From contig NIVC01001221.1 in the NCBI GenBank assembly GCA_002269645.1, forward strand, positions 1 through 64,000: 64,000 bases of DNA, written 5' to 3'. The position numbers and the translations under genes are program-made. The stretch's first letter is position 1. The number at the start of each line of letters is the position of its first letter. Shown in pieces: positions 23,746 to 38,400 of the stretch. The stretch comes from Macrostomum lignano. Taxonomy: Eukaryota. Below the pieces are notes generated by a model. It was not told the DNA's origin. It searched no databases and was given only the letters and a program-made list of their open reading frames with translations.

Positions 23746-24339
23746 TTTTATGTACGAGTACAATCCATGTGTAGGAAGCCAGAATGCAATATGCTTCGCA
23801 TTGTTTTTTTAGCTTGCAGGGATGTCCAGTTCTATCAATAGGATTTTATTCAGCTCCTATGATTTTTTAAGATTTAAGATTTTAGTCGACGTATCGCGGG
23901 ATATTTTAGCATCGATCCCAAGATTCCAGATCCTCTGAGTCAGTTTTACCAAATTTGTCTTATCCAATTTTTGTTCGTTCAAGCGCACAGACTTCAAGGA
24001 TATTTGCTTACCAAATAAAATAATAGTGCTTTTTCACTTAAAAGCCTACTTTCAGTAGTTTTGCATCTCAGTAGGTCATGTTGTGCATATAAAAAGAAAT
24101 ATACGCGTTTTGTGTGTTATACCGTGACAAACCTGGGCCTGCTCTTTTTTGTCTATATTCTCTGCACTTAATTGTGAATTAATGAATTTTTTAACTAATA
24201 TAATATTCAAGCTATTATTCATAATTGCGTCACATTTACAGTTTTGCGCTCAGTTCCTAAAGTTTGGTTACTGTTTAGGATACTAAAGTTTGACGTATGT
24301 AACTAGCAAATCTATTTTATGCTCTATATTGGGGTGCTG

Positions 24340-24870
24340 GTGTGTGGGGTCAGTGTGTGTACAGTGTACATTGGGGTGAGTGTGTGTACAGTGTACATTG
24401 GGGTGAGTGTGTGTACAGTGTACATTGGGGTGAGTTTGTGTACAGTGTACATTGGGTGCTAGTGTGTGTGTACAGTGTACATTGGGGTGAGTGTGTGTAC
24501 AGTGTACATTGGGTGCTAGTGTGTGTACAGTGTACATTGGGTGCTAGTGTGTGTGTACAGTGTACATTGGGTGCTTGTGTGTGTGTACAGTGTACATTGG
24601 GTGCTAGTGTGTGTACAGTGTACATTGGGGTGAGTGTGTGTACAGTGTAAATTGGGGTGAGTGTGTGTACAGTGTACATTGGGGTGAGAGTGTGTACAGT
24701 GTACATTGGGTGCTAGTGTGTGTGTGTACAGTGTACATTGGGGTGAGTTTGTGTACAGTATACATTGGGTGCTAGTGTGTGTGTACAGTGTACATTGGGG
24801 TGAGTGTGTGTACAGTGTACATTGGGTGCTAGTGTGTGTACAGTGTACCTTAAGTGCTAGTGTGTGTACA
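24340..24870. repeat. ~27-bp minisatellite (GTGTGTACAGTGTACATTGGGGTGAGT)
   Basis: Tandem units, each with two TGTACA palindromes. Confidence 0.92.
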
Positions 24871-25584
24871 CATATCTAATCTGATTGACAAGCATCAAAG
24901 TTCAGTGCACTGTACCAGCAATATGCATTGCAGTTGTTACAAATTTATATTTGTTTTACGGCACTTTAAAAACGTACAATAGAGAAATGACAGACTAACA
25001 AAAGATTGCCAAAAAAAAGTTTGGCTATATTTTTAAAATGAAAAGCCACAGCTTACGTGTCACAATACATTGCTGTTTTGTTTACTTATTATTGTGTTTA
25101 AGATGTGTCATTACGATTACAATGTTAGCATGCAAAAATAAAGTCTATTTGTGAAATTAATCAACGATATATACGGCTACCAAAAAATAAGAATGATTTA
25201 AGTAGCTAAAGTAACTTTAATTAAGAACCAACCGCCACTGTTACCGCCACCTTCAGGTGCTATTATAAATATCAGATACGGGTATTGTGGAATTTAGAGT
25301 AAATACATTTGCACTTTACGAGTAGTACGCATCACTGGGGCTATTAAATCAGAGAGCGTACAAGATTGCTTGCAAGTAGTATGTATAGCAAGAAAGGTTA
25401 AATTTATACTTTGGCTTTGAAAATTTTGGTTTTCTGTTTGACTCTGTGTTCGAGTAGTTGTTAGACTACTATTAGTAATTCGGGATTGTGCTGTGAGTTT
25501 TTCAGTGCTTTCTTAGCTATTAGAAAGCCAAAGCGGTGAGTACTTGAATTTTTTGCCCCATATTATGCATTTGGGGATCAGAGG

Positions 25585-26350
<766 letters not shown>

Positions 26351-26495
26351 CAATTCTCAAGACACAGAAGTGAAAACTCCCACCAAACAGAGTATACAAG
26401 CAGTGTATATTAGCTCGGGGCTAATATTATGAAAAGAACAAAGACTATTCAGTCTATTGCATAGTCTTGGTCGCCCCACGGATGGTTTTCAAATC

Positions 26496-29400
26496 TCAAG
26501 CCCTGGCAACGGAGTCGCCACCAACAAGAGCCTCGGCATCAGTTTGTAGTTGCAGCCGTTGGCTCTGCAAAGTCTCCGCGTCCATCAGGGCCTGCTTGGC
26601 TAGGTACTGCTCCCTCTTGATCTTCACCTGCAGCACTTCCGGCACGTCCGGGATAAGAATGTCCAGCATCCGGCTGATGAAGAACACCACGTGCTGAGCG
26701 GGCAGTGTGGTAGAGATAAAAAATTAAACTCGTGTTTTTTCTTTAGTCACTTCAAAGTTACATGTAAGTGGCGGCACATCAAAGGATTCTAGAGTAGTGG
26801 CGGCACATCAAAGGATTGTAAAGTAGTGGCGGAACAATAAAGGATTATGGAGTAGTTGAAGAATATCAAAGGATTCTAAAGTAGTGGCGGCACTTCAAAG
26901 GATTTTAGAGAGTAATGACGGCACATCAAAGGATTCTAGAGTAGTTGAGGAACATCAAAGGATTCTAGAGTAGTTGAGGAACATCAAAGGATTCTAGAGT
27001 AGTGGCGGAACATCAAAGGATTCTGGAGTAGTGGCGGAACATCAAAGGATTCTAGAGTAGTGGCGGCACATCAAAGGATTCCAGAGTAGTGGCAGCACAT
27101 CAAAGGATTTCAGAGTAGTGGCAGCACATCAAAGGATTTCAGAGTAGTGGCGGCACATCAAAGGATTCCAGAGTAGTGGCAGCACATCAAATGATTCTAG
27201 AGTAGTGGCAGCACATCAAAGGATTCCAGAGTAGTGGCGGCACATCAAAGGATTCCAGAGTAGTGGCAGCACATCAAATGATTCTAGAGTAGTGGCAGCA
27301 CATCAAAGGATTCCAGAGTAGTGGCAGCACATCAAAGGATTTCAGAGTAGTGGCGGCACATCAAAGGATTTCAGAGTAGTGGCGGCACGTCAAAGGATTC
27401 CAGAGTAGTTGAGGAACATCAAAGGATTCTAGAGTAGTGGCGGCACGTCAAAGGATTCCTGAGTAGTGGCGGCACGTCAAAGGATTTCAGAGTAGTTGAG
27501 GAACATCAAAGGATTCTAGAGAGTAGTGGCGGCACATCAACGGATTCTATAGAGTAGTGGCGGCACATCAAAGGATTCTATAGAGTAGTGGCGGCACATC
27601 AAAGGATTCTATAGAGTAGTGGCGGCACATCAAAGGATTCTATAGAGTAGTGGCGGCACATCAAAGGGTTCTAGAGTAGTGGCGGGGGGGTACATAAGAG
27701 TATTGTGGAGTAGTGGCGGCACATCAAAGGATTCTAGAGTAGTGGCGGCACATTACAGGATTCCAATGTATTGGCGGAACATCAAAGAGCCAGCAGTTAG
27801 TGGCGGAACAACATGAAAGACAGAAAGAAGCCTCGGACCGGGCTCACCTCAAACACGATCACAAAGGCCAGGCGCACCGCCAGCAGCTTCCAGTAGAACA
27901 TGGTATAGTGGCCGTCCTCGCCTCTGAATGCCTTGTAGCGGCACGGCTGAGCAGTCGAGTTGGCCGGCGACCAGGCCAGGGTGAAGTTGGTGTAGCCGTG
28001 CAGCTCAGAGTCGAACTGGTACTTGTACAACTCCTTGGGCAGGAACTCAGAGGTGAAGGCGATTAAAAAGGCCTGCCAGTGGGAGTTAATAAGCATAACA
28101 GAAATTGTTCATTTTTGCTCCGATTTCTGGGTAAAAAGTCTGCCTCATTATCCACCCCCTCAAAAATCAATATAATCCGCCCCATTTCCCGCCCCTAGAA
28201 TAATCTAAAATCTGAAATCCACCCCATGTTCCGCCCACTCAGTAAAAATCCAAAATCGGCCCTAATTTCCGCGCCTAGAATAATCTAAAATCCGCCCCAC
28301 TTTCCGCCTCTAAAAAATTCTAAAATCCGCCCTTTTTTCCTCCCTCTCAATAATCTAAAATCCGCCCCATTTTCCCCCCTCAATAATCTAAAATCCGCCC
28401 CATTTCCCCCCCCCCCTCAATAATCTAAAATGCGCCCCATTATCCTTTCCCTCAATAATCTAAACTCCGCCCCATTTTCCGCCCCCTCAAAAATCTCAAA
28501 TCCGCCCCATTTTCCTCCCGGTCAATAATCTAAAATCCGCCTCATTTTCCACCCCCTCAATAATCTATAATCCGGCCCCATTTTCCGCCCTTCAATAATC
28601 TATAATCCGCCCCATTTCCCGCCCCATTAATAATCCAGAGTCCGCCCATTTTCCGCCCCATTAATAATCCAGAATCCGCCCATTTTCCGCCCCATTAATA
28701 ATCCAGAATCCGCCCATTTTTCGCTCCATTAATAATCCAGAATCCGCCCATTTTCCGCCCCATTAATAATCCAGAATCCGCCCATTTTCCGCCCCTAGAG
28801 TAACCTTGAATCCGCCCCATTTTCCGCCCCTAGAGTAACCTTGAATCCGCCCCATTTTCCGCCCCATTAATAATCCAGAATCCGCCCATTTTCCGCCCCT
28901 AGAGTAACCTTGAATCCGCCCCATTTTCCGCCCCTAGAGTAACCTTGAATCCGCCCTCATTTTCCGCCCCAACTCACATTGGAAATGACCGACAGCTGCA
29001 CAATGACATCCAGCAGGGTGAACCAAACCCCAATGTCCTGCGCCCGCTCGGACACCGGCCGCCGGGTCTCGCAAACCAGCTTGCTGGCATCCAGCCGGAT
29101 CTCCAGCCAGTTGTTCAGCAGGGCGAAGAACGGCGCCAGAGGGAAGGCGGCTACAAAAATGGTGATGAAGCCGAACTGCAGCACCATCTCCAGGTATTCT
29201 TCGAATAGGCCTTCGTAGGGAATTAGCTGGTAATCTGCCTGGCACCGGCTGGCCTCGGCCTCCTGACTGCGGCTCCAGTTCAGGCCCTTGGTGAACCGGT
29301 GGATCCAGGTGAATAATTTCCTGGGTAGGATCGGTGGAGTTTCAATGAGCCATTCTTTTGCCCTGGGGAAAAGCTTTGAGAGCAGCGACTTTGAGCGAGA

Positions 29401-32400
29401 CAGTGGCGGAGGAACTGGGAGCTCGTTGGTCTGGTACAGACTCTTCTTCTCTCTGTCTTCCCTCCATACCGTAATCTGCCTCTCCCTCTCTCCTTCACCC
29501 TCCCTCCCTTACCCTCTCTCCCCCTCTCCCTCTCTCCCTCCCTCCCATACCCTCTCTCCCTCTCTCCCTCTCTCCCTCTCTCCCTCTCTCCCTCTCTCCC
29601 TCTCTCCCTCCCTCCCTTACCCTCCCTCCCTTACCCTCTCTCCCTCTCTCCCTCTCCCCCTCCCTCCCTTACCCTCTCTCCCTCTCTCCCTCACCCTCTC
29701 TCCCTCCCTCCCTTACCCTCTCTCCCTCTCTCCCTTACCCTCTCTCCATCACCCTCTCTCCCTCACCCTCTCTCGCCTCACCCTCTCTCCACCAAACTCT
29801 CTCCCCTCACTCTCTCTCTCAACCAACCTCTCTCCTCCACACTCTTTCCCTCATCCTCTCTCTTGCACCCTCTCTCCCTCTCTCTCTCTCTTCACCCTCT
29901 CTTGCCTCACCTTCTCTCCCTCACCCTCCCTTCCTCTCTCAACCCTCTCAGTCCCACCCTCCCTCCCCACGCAATCTCCGTTCCTGTCTCTTAAACCGAA
30001 TGCGCAGAAGCTAAGTCCAAAGCCCCACTCACGGCAGGAAAACCTCCTGGCAGTTGTTGATGATCTGCTTGCCGATCATGATCACGGCCAGCTGCTGGGC
30101 CAGCTCGATCAGGCAGCCGCCGTTGTCGCATTCCTCGTTGCGCAGGCCAAAGAACTTAATGTACCTTCCCGGGTAACCGGTGAACCTGCACAGGTACGAT
30201 AGTATGGATTAGCTTTATGCTTTACTACTCTGATAATTAAAGTCATGATTGAACAAAATCCGAACTCACTTTCCCTTGAAGAATGCGATGTAAAAAATTG
30301 ACGAGTAGAAATTGACAAACTGGAAGATGAACACCTTCAGGATGAGCTGGTCCTCGAACTCCGTCTGCGTGCGGTGCATCTCTGCGAGCGAGGCCAGTAC
30401 ACTTATGATGCTAAAAATAGCTTAGGATTCCCTGTACACTATGATTCTAAAAATAGCTCTGGGATTCTCTGTACACTGGTTTTAAAAATAGCTCAGGGAT
30501 TCTCTGTACACTCTGGTTCTAAAAATAGCTAAGGGATTTCCTATACACTCGGATTCTAAAAATAGCTGAGAGATTTCCTGTACTCTCTGATTCTAAAAAT
30601 AGCTCAGTGATTCTCGGTACATTGATTCTAAAATAGCTCAGGGATTCTCTGTACACTGATTCTAAAAATAGCTCAAGGATTCCCTGTACACTATGATTCT
30701 AAAAATAGCTCAGGGACTCTTTTGGCATAGCTCTTTAGACTATAAACCCATTTTACATAAAATTGTCTATAAAACCACTACAACTAGATAAATAGCGCAA
30801 GTATTTCCCTCGGCTACCGCTTACCCCACTGAGTCAGTTTGTAGGCCAGCTTCTCGTACACCTTGCCCAGACTCATGATGAGGATCAGATTGACAATGGC
30901 GGCGGAACCGCTCGCCACCGTGGATGCTTGCGATCGAAGCAGCGGATTTTGAAATAGCGGAATAGCGATCAGCACCCGGTAGATAATGACGGCGATTATG
31001 AATATTACCACGATTACCATCTGGGGAGATTGTAGTCAGGAGTTGCTTTATACAATAAATTATTTTTGGAAGAAAAACTTCGTTCTATATTTTTTCTTTT
31101 TTCTTCTTCTTTTCTTTTTTTCTTCTTGTTTTAAATCTTTTCGGGAGAATCCCTTCGGGAGAATCCCTTCGGGAGAATCCCTTCGGGAGAATCCCTTCGG
31201 GAGAATCCCTTCGGGAGAATCCCTTCGGGAGAATCCCTTCGGGAGAATCACTTCGGGAGAATCCCTTCGGGAGAATCCCTTCGGGAGAATCCCTTCGGGA
31301 GAATCCCTTCGGGAGAATCCCTTCGGGAGAATCCCTTCGGGAGAATCCCTTCGGGAGAATCCCTTCGGGAGAATCCCTTCGGGAGAATACCTTCGGGAGA
31401 ATACCTTCGGGAGAATCCCTTCGGGAGAATCCCTTCAACCCTCTCGGGGTTGAACCCTTCAACCCTCTCGGGAGAATCCCTTCGGGAGAATTCCTTCGGG
31501 AGAATCCCATCGGGAGAATTCCTTCGAGGAAAATTCCTTCGGGAGAATCCCTTCGGGAGAATCCCTTCGGGAGAATCCCTTCGGAGAATCCCTTCGGGAG
31601 AATCCCTTCGGAGAATCCCTTCGGGAGAATCCCTTCGGGAGAATCCCTTCGGGAGAATCCCTTCGGGAGAATCCCTTCGGGAGAATCCCTTCGGGAGAAT
31701 CCCTTCGGGAGAATCCCTTCGGGAGAATCCCTTCGGGAGAATCCCTTCGGGAGAATTCCTTCGAGGAAAATTCCTTCGGGAGAATCCCTTCGGGAGAATC
31801 CCTTCGGGAGAATCCCTTCGGGAGAATCCCTTCGGGAGAATCCCTTCGGGAGAATCCCTTCGGGAGAATCCCTTCGGGAGAATCCCTTCGGGAGAATCCC
31901 TTCGGGAGAATCCCTTCGGGAGAATCCCTTCGGAGAATCCCTTCGGGAGAATCCCTTCGGGAGAATCCCTTCGGGAGAATCCCTTCGGGATAATCCCTTC
32001 GGGAGAATCCCTTCGGGAGAATTCCTTCGAGGAAAATTCCTTCGGGAGAATCCCTTCGGGAGAATCCCTTCGAGAGAATCCCTTCGGGTGAATCCCTTCG
32101 GGAGAATCCCTTCGGGTGAATCCCTTCGGGAGAATCCCTTCGGGAGAATCCCTTCGGGAGAATCCCTTCGGGAGAATCCCTTCGGGAGAATCCCTTCGGG
32201 AGAATCCCTTCGGGAGAATCCCTTCGGGAGAATCCCTTCGGGAGAATCCCTTCGGGAGAATCCCTTCGGGAGAATCCCTTCGGGAGAATCCCTTCGGGAG
32301 AATCCCTTCGGGAGAATCCCTTCGGGAGAATCCCTTCGGGAGAATCCCTTCGGGAGAATCCCTTCGGGAGAATCCCTTCGGGAGAATCCCTTCGGGAGAA

Positions 32401-35400
32401 TCCCTTCGGGAGATTCCATAAGGGAGATTCCATAAGGGAGATTCCATAAGGGAGATTCCATAAGGGAGATTCCATAAGGGAGATTCCATAAGGGAGATTC
32501 CATAAGGGAGATTCCATAAGGGAGATTCCATAAGGGAGATTCCATAAGGGAGATTCCATAAGGGAGATTCCATAAGGGAGATTCCATAAGGGAGATTCCA
32601 TAAGGGAGATTCCATAAGGGAGATTCCATAAGGGAGATTCCATAAGGGAGATTCCATAAGGGAGATTCCATAAGGGAGATTCCATAAGGGAGATTCCATA
32701 AGGGAGATTCCATAAGGGAGATTCCATAAGGGAGATTCCATAAGGGAGATTCCATAAGGGAGATTCCATAAGGGAGATTCCATAAGGGAGATTCCATAAG
32801 GGAGATTCCATAAGGGAGATTCCATAAGGGAGATTCCATAAGGGAGATTCCATAAGGGAGATTCCATAAGGGAGATTCCATAAGGGAGATTCCATAAGGG
32901 AGAATCCCTTCGGGAGAACCACTTTCGGAGAAACTCAATTACTCGTAGAAGACAAAGAAATCGCTCAAGAAGATTGACTCCTATAAAAATTATCACAGAA
33001 AATTGCTGAGAGAGAATCACCGGTGAGCGAAGCTAATGAGAGATAAATAATGATAGAGAATCATAGAGAATGGCTCATATAGAATCGCTCAGTGATCCTA
33101 TAATAGACAATCGCTCATAAGTAATGGATCATAAAAATGCTCATGAAACATTGCCCATCAAGAATTGCTCATACACCATAGCTCATAGAGAATCGCTAAT
33201 AGAGAATCGCTCATGGAGAATCGCTCATAGAGAGTCGCTCATAGACTATATTTCATAGAGAATCGCTCATAGACTATTGCTCATAGAGAATCGCTCATAG
33301 AGAATCGCTCATAGACTATTGCCCATAGAGAATCGATTATAGCGAATCGCTCAAAGAGAATCGCTCATAAAGAATCACTCATAAGGAATCGCTCATAAGG
33401 AATCGCTCATAAGGAATCGCTCATAAGGAATCGCTCAGAGATAAAAAAGGCTCCTCACGGGGATGCCTAATGGAGAAATAGATAATATAATTTCACTTAC
33501 CATAATGATAATACACGTGATGCCGGTGATGATTCTAGGAATGCGCAGGCTATTAGGAAAGTGCGGCTCAAGATTCCCCGTGACGGGATTTCGCTCATAC
33601 GAGGAGCAAAGCGCTGAGTACTCCGGCCTCGGTCGCTCTTCGTCCTCTTCGAAGTCCATGACGTCCCAGTGGTGTGCCAGCGAGGCATTTTTGCGTTTCC
33701 AGTTTTCCAGGAAAGTTACAGCTAGAAAAAAAGAGTAGCTTTATAACTCAGCCAAATTAGTCTACTTTAAGTAATCTGTTGGATAAAAGTGTGTATATTC
33801 AGTTTTTTCTATAGTTACATTCAAAATAAGTGCATCTCACCCCAGAAGGCCACAAACACTGAGTAGAACACGGTGCCGGGGTGGTCGAACAGATAGGAGA
33901 TCCGCATGAACATGCAGATGTCGCTCAGGTACCAGTACTTGCAGCCAATGGCCTCGTCGCACAGTGGGCACATCTTGTAAGTCATGTTGCTATCGCAGAC
34001 CTCGTTACTGACAGTTGGATTAGGGTTAGGCTTCAGTTTAGGGTTTAGGTTAGGCTTCAATTTAGGGTTTAGGTTAGGCTTCAATTTAGGGTTTAGGTTA
34101 GGCTTCAATTTAGGGTTTAGGTTAGGGTTTAGGTCAGGGTTTAGGTCAGGGTTTATGTTAGGGTTTAGGTTAGGGTTTAGGTTAGGGCTTAGGGTTAGCG
34201 TTTGGCTGAAGCAACAAGCTTATCTGCTTTTCTGGGCCATTTCTATGAAATGTTAGGAGTCTTTACACGCATATAAAATCTTCTTTATGCAACAAAGCAT
34301 AATTTGCATTTATGTATAGATTGAGTAGTCTATATCAATAACGTATATAGTTATCAAAAGCTGAGTTTCGCTCAATTTCGCTTCGATGAGAAGAGTCAAC
34401 AGAAGAGTCAGAAAATTGAGATCATGAATTATTTATGAGGGTCTGAGACCTACTTCCCGACTTACCATATATGAATCCCGAGGGAGAAGAAGGCACTCGA
34501 AGAATATGGAAGGCTCTTAAGAAGAGAAATTCGCATTGAGTGAACTTTTAAGGCAACTTTGATCCCGCAGTTTCCAAAGCGATAGCCTAAAATACTATTT
34601 AATATTTTCTTTAAATCTAAATAATCCTGACCCGACCGGGATTCGAACCTCGGCTGCAGAGTTGTCAAACGGGCACGCTTATCCCCTAAGCCAAAAACGT
34701 GCTCTGTACTCACCCTGGCACGTTGGCCTTGAACGTGAAGCAGCCGTAGAGGAACACGATGATGCCAACAATGCTAGCTGGTAGGAGCCAGGCTGTGTAC
34801 AGACCTGAAACATCGAAACCGTATTAAACGTACACATTTAGTGATCGACGAGAAAATCTAAACAAACTTAGATTTTCTATTTGTTATTATAATCAATAGT
34901 ATACTAGTATATCCGATTTCTTACCAAGCCAGGCAAAGTACAGTCCGATCTTCTCTCCGTAGTACTCTCTAATGTGATCCAACGGCTGGTATTTGTACCA
35001 CAGGCCCCATTTGGCCCAGTAGGCGTTTAGAATTTGGCGAGCGTTCAAGTCTTCGGGCTGGTAGTCCTTCGGAAGCTCGTAGGGACCCTTAGTTTTGATT
35101 TAATTTGAGTTATTTTAATTAGTTAAAGTTCTCTAATGAGTATTTATCATATGTCAGTCATTAAAGTGAGTGTACACTGGCAACAGGCCAGTACTCGTAG
35201 TGTTTCAATGAGTTTTTACTGGGATCGAGAATCATCTGGCTCTTAAGTCGAAACTTCGATCTCTTGGATCTCAGGGAGTGAGGTGGCGGTAGAAAGAGAC
35301 AACATCCAATGAAAAGAGAGCAGGGAGTGAGGTGGCGGTAGAAAGAGACAACAACCAATAAAAAGAGGGCAGGGAGTGAGGTGGCGGTAGAGAGAGACAA

Positions 35401-38400
35401 CAGCCAATGGGAAGAGGGCAGGGAGTGAGGTGAGGATACGACAACCAAGCCACAGACCTCGTGTAGCGGGAAGGCCCCAGAGTAGACCTCCTCCTCTAGC
35501 AGACGATCAATTCCGACTTCTGCCCTTTTTCTCTTCCCGTAGACCTGCGTGGCGAGAATCTCGTAGGCCACTTGGTGCCGCTGGGTGGACGAAAAGTACG
35601 TGTCTTGATCGTCGCTGCCAAGGAACCTGAGTAATTAAAAGACGCATTGATTTTTTCCCATAAAAACGCACCTGACACCTGTTCTCAGTAAAAATATTTT
35701 GAGAACTGAACTCACTTGCTGAGCTTGGACTTCCTGAACGGACAGGTGTAATAATCTAGCGGCTGATTCGGCACCCGCTGCTCCATGGCGTTCGGAATGT
35801 GCAGCGACTTCAGCACCTTGCCAGACCAGTTGTCCGCCGGGTGGCTGTGCGCCTAGCCAAGAGACAGATAAAAGCGTTGCTAATGACAACACAAGCCAAC
35901 TATCGAAGTATAATAGACTGGTTTCTAAGACAACAACAGACACAATAATATATTTAGTATCAATTGAACGGCAATTAAGAAGTGCATGAAAATATGCAAT
36001 GAAAAATAAGCTAACGCGCTGGTTCTGAATAAGATAGCTAGCGCCACAAAATCATCTGGAAATAAAACACTTCCAGTGATTTACGATCACTCTATGAGTA
36101 GCTTCGGAATTCCTCTTTATTCCTTTAACTTTGGCATTTTCAATACCCTATGATTCTATAAAAAGTTTCAGAATTGCTCTCAATCGATGATTCTAAAATA
36201 TCGCTTTAGAACTCCTCTCAATCGATGATTCTAAAAATAGCTTTAGAACTCCTCTTAATCGATGATTCTAAAAATAGCTTTAGAACTCCTCTCAATCGAT
36301 GATTCTAAAAAAAGCTTTAGAACTCCTCTCAATCGATGATTCTAAAAATAGCTTTAGTATTTCCCCGATCAATGATTCTAAAAATAGCCACGGTATTACC
36401 CCGATCAATAATTTAAAAAATAAGCTTTGGTATCCCCCTGATCAATGCTTCTAAAAATAGCCCTTCTCAATCGTTGATTCTAAAATAACATCCAATAACA
36501 TCTAATAAAGTAAAACAATCATTTACGTCTGTAGCAATGCTACTTAATACGAGCTATTAATAGCTTATAATACATATTTCTAGATACAAAATTTCAATGG
36601 ATATGTGAATTACTATAGAAGTAAAATGATATATACACAAAAATATAATTTGTTATTCTGCTAAGAGATTACAGTAAAATCGATTTATTTAAATCCCGGA
36701 GGAGTTAAACAAACAATAATAGAAAAGGTTTTTAGTAAAGAGGGAAGAACTAAAAGGCACAAAATTCCATTACCATGCTATTAGTAGCAGTTCTGTCGAC
36801 AGCTGGTGAACTCACATCATTCAGAACCTTTGCAAATTTAAGATAAAAGAAGTGCATAAGAAAATCTGCTTTGGTTAAATTGAGTTTATTTAAATAAGTT
36901 TATACCATCACCGGTTACCACAGCCAGCAATAAAAGCAACTTTTGCACCAATTCATGCACCAGTAGCAATACTTAATTTGCCTAATACGTAGTTATTACG
37001 ATATTTTGAAATGATTAATTCACCTGATAAATAAATAAATTTGTATATTTCCAGTGCTAAGCTGTGACCTCGGTTACCCTTTCTGTTTTGCTGATCTCTT
37101 CTTGTCCACCTCTTCTTTCTCTCGAACCTCCACTCATCCTCCTCTCACTCTGCTCTTCCCCTCTTCTCTCCTTTCTCCCTCACCCCACTAATGACCACTA
37201 ATAGTCTAGTACGATCCTCATGTATCAACCTCCTCCATCTCTTCTCTCGCCCTCCACTCACCCTCCACTCTCCCTCCACTCACCCTCCTCTCACCCTCCT
37301 CTCACCCTCCTCTCACGCTCCTCTCACTCTTATCTCACCCTCCTCTCTGCCTCCTCTCTGCCTCCTCTCACCCTCCTCTCACCCTCCTCTCACCCTCCTC
37401 TCGCCCTCCACTCACCCTCCTCTCTGCCTCCTCTCACCCTCCTGCACTCACTCTCCACTCTCCCTCCTCTCACCTTCCTCTCTGCCTCCTCTCTCCCTCC
37501 TCTCAACCTCCTCTATCTCTTCTCTCGCCCTCCACTCACCCTCCACTCTCCCTCCTCTCTAACTCCTCTCACCCTCCTCTCACCCTCCTCTCACCCTCCT
37601 CTCACGCTCCTCTCACCCTCCTCTCTGCCTCCTCTCTCCCTCCTCTCAACCTCCTCTCACCCTCCTGCACTCACTCTCCATTCTCCCTCCTCTCACCCTC
37701 CTCTCACCCTCCTCTCACGCTCCTCTCACTCTTATCTCACCCTCCTCTCTGCCTCCTCTCTCCCTCCTCTCTGCCTCCTCTCACCCTCCTCTCACCCTCC
37801 TGCACTCACTCTCCATTCTCCCTCCTCTCACCCTCCTCTCACGCGCTTCTCACTCTTATCTCACCCTCCTCTCTGCCTCCTCTCACCCTCCTCTCACGCT
37901 CCTCGCACCCTCCTCTCTGCCTCCTTTCACCCTCCCCTCAGCCTTCTCTCTCACCCTCCTCTCACTCTCTTCTCTCCTATCTTCCTGTACCCTTTTCCAT
38001 TCCCCTTTCTCCTCTCGCACATCTCGCCCTTACATTACTTGTATTTTAATTCTCGAACAAAGAATCTCATTAAAGCCTCACCTGCAAAGGAGCCCTCAAG
38101 CACAGGTCCTCAGCATAGTAACACATCACGTCCCAGGGCACGAAGAGCTTGATAAAGTGAATCTTTTTCTTCTCGCTAGTGCTGGTCTCCTGTGGAAGCA
38201 GGTATTGGCCAGGTTCATTGAGAGTTCATGCACAGAAAAGTACTTATAAAAGTGAAGTAATTTCACTGCCTGCGGAGGAAAGACAGTCTTCAATGTCACT
38301 CAAATTCTATCGAACTTTTGCCCTCACTACCGACTCAAGAGCTTCCGCCCTCCGTTAGGAAAAAACTTTGACAGCAGTTTTCTCTAATATCGATCGCAGA

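Noticed and set aside
31085-33020. 590-617 aa ORFs
   Set aside because: Translations of the 14-bp satellite inside anoctamin intron 10.
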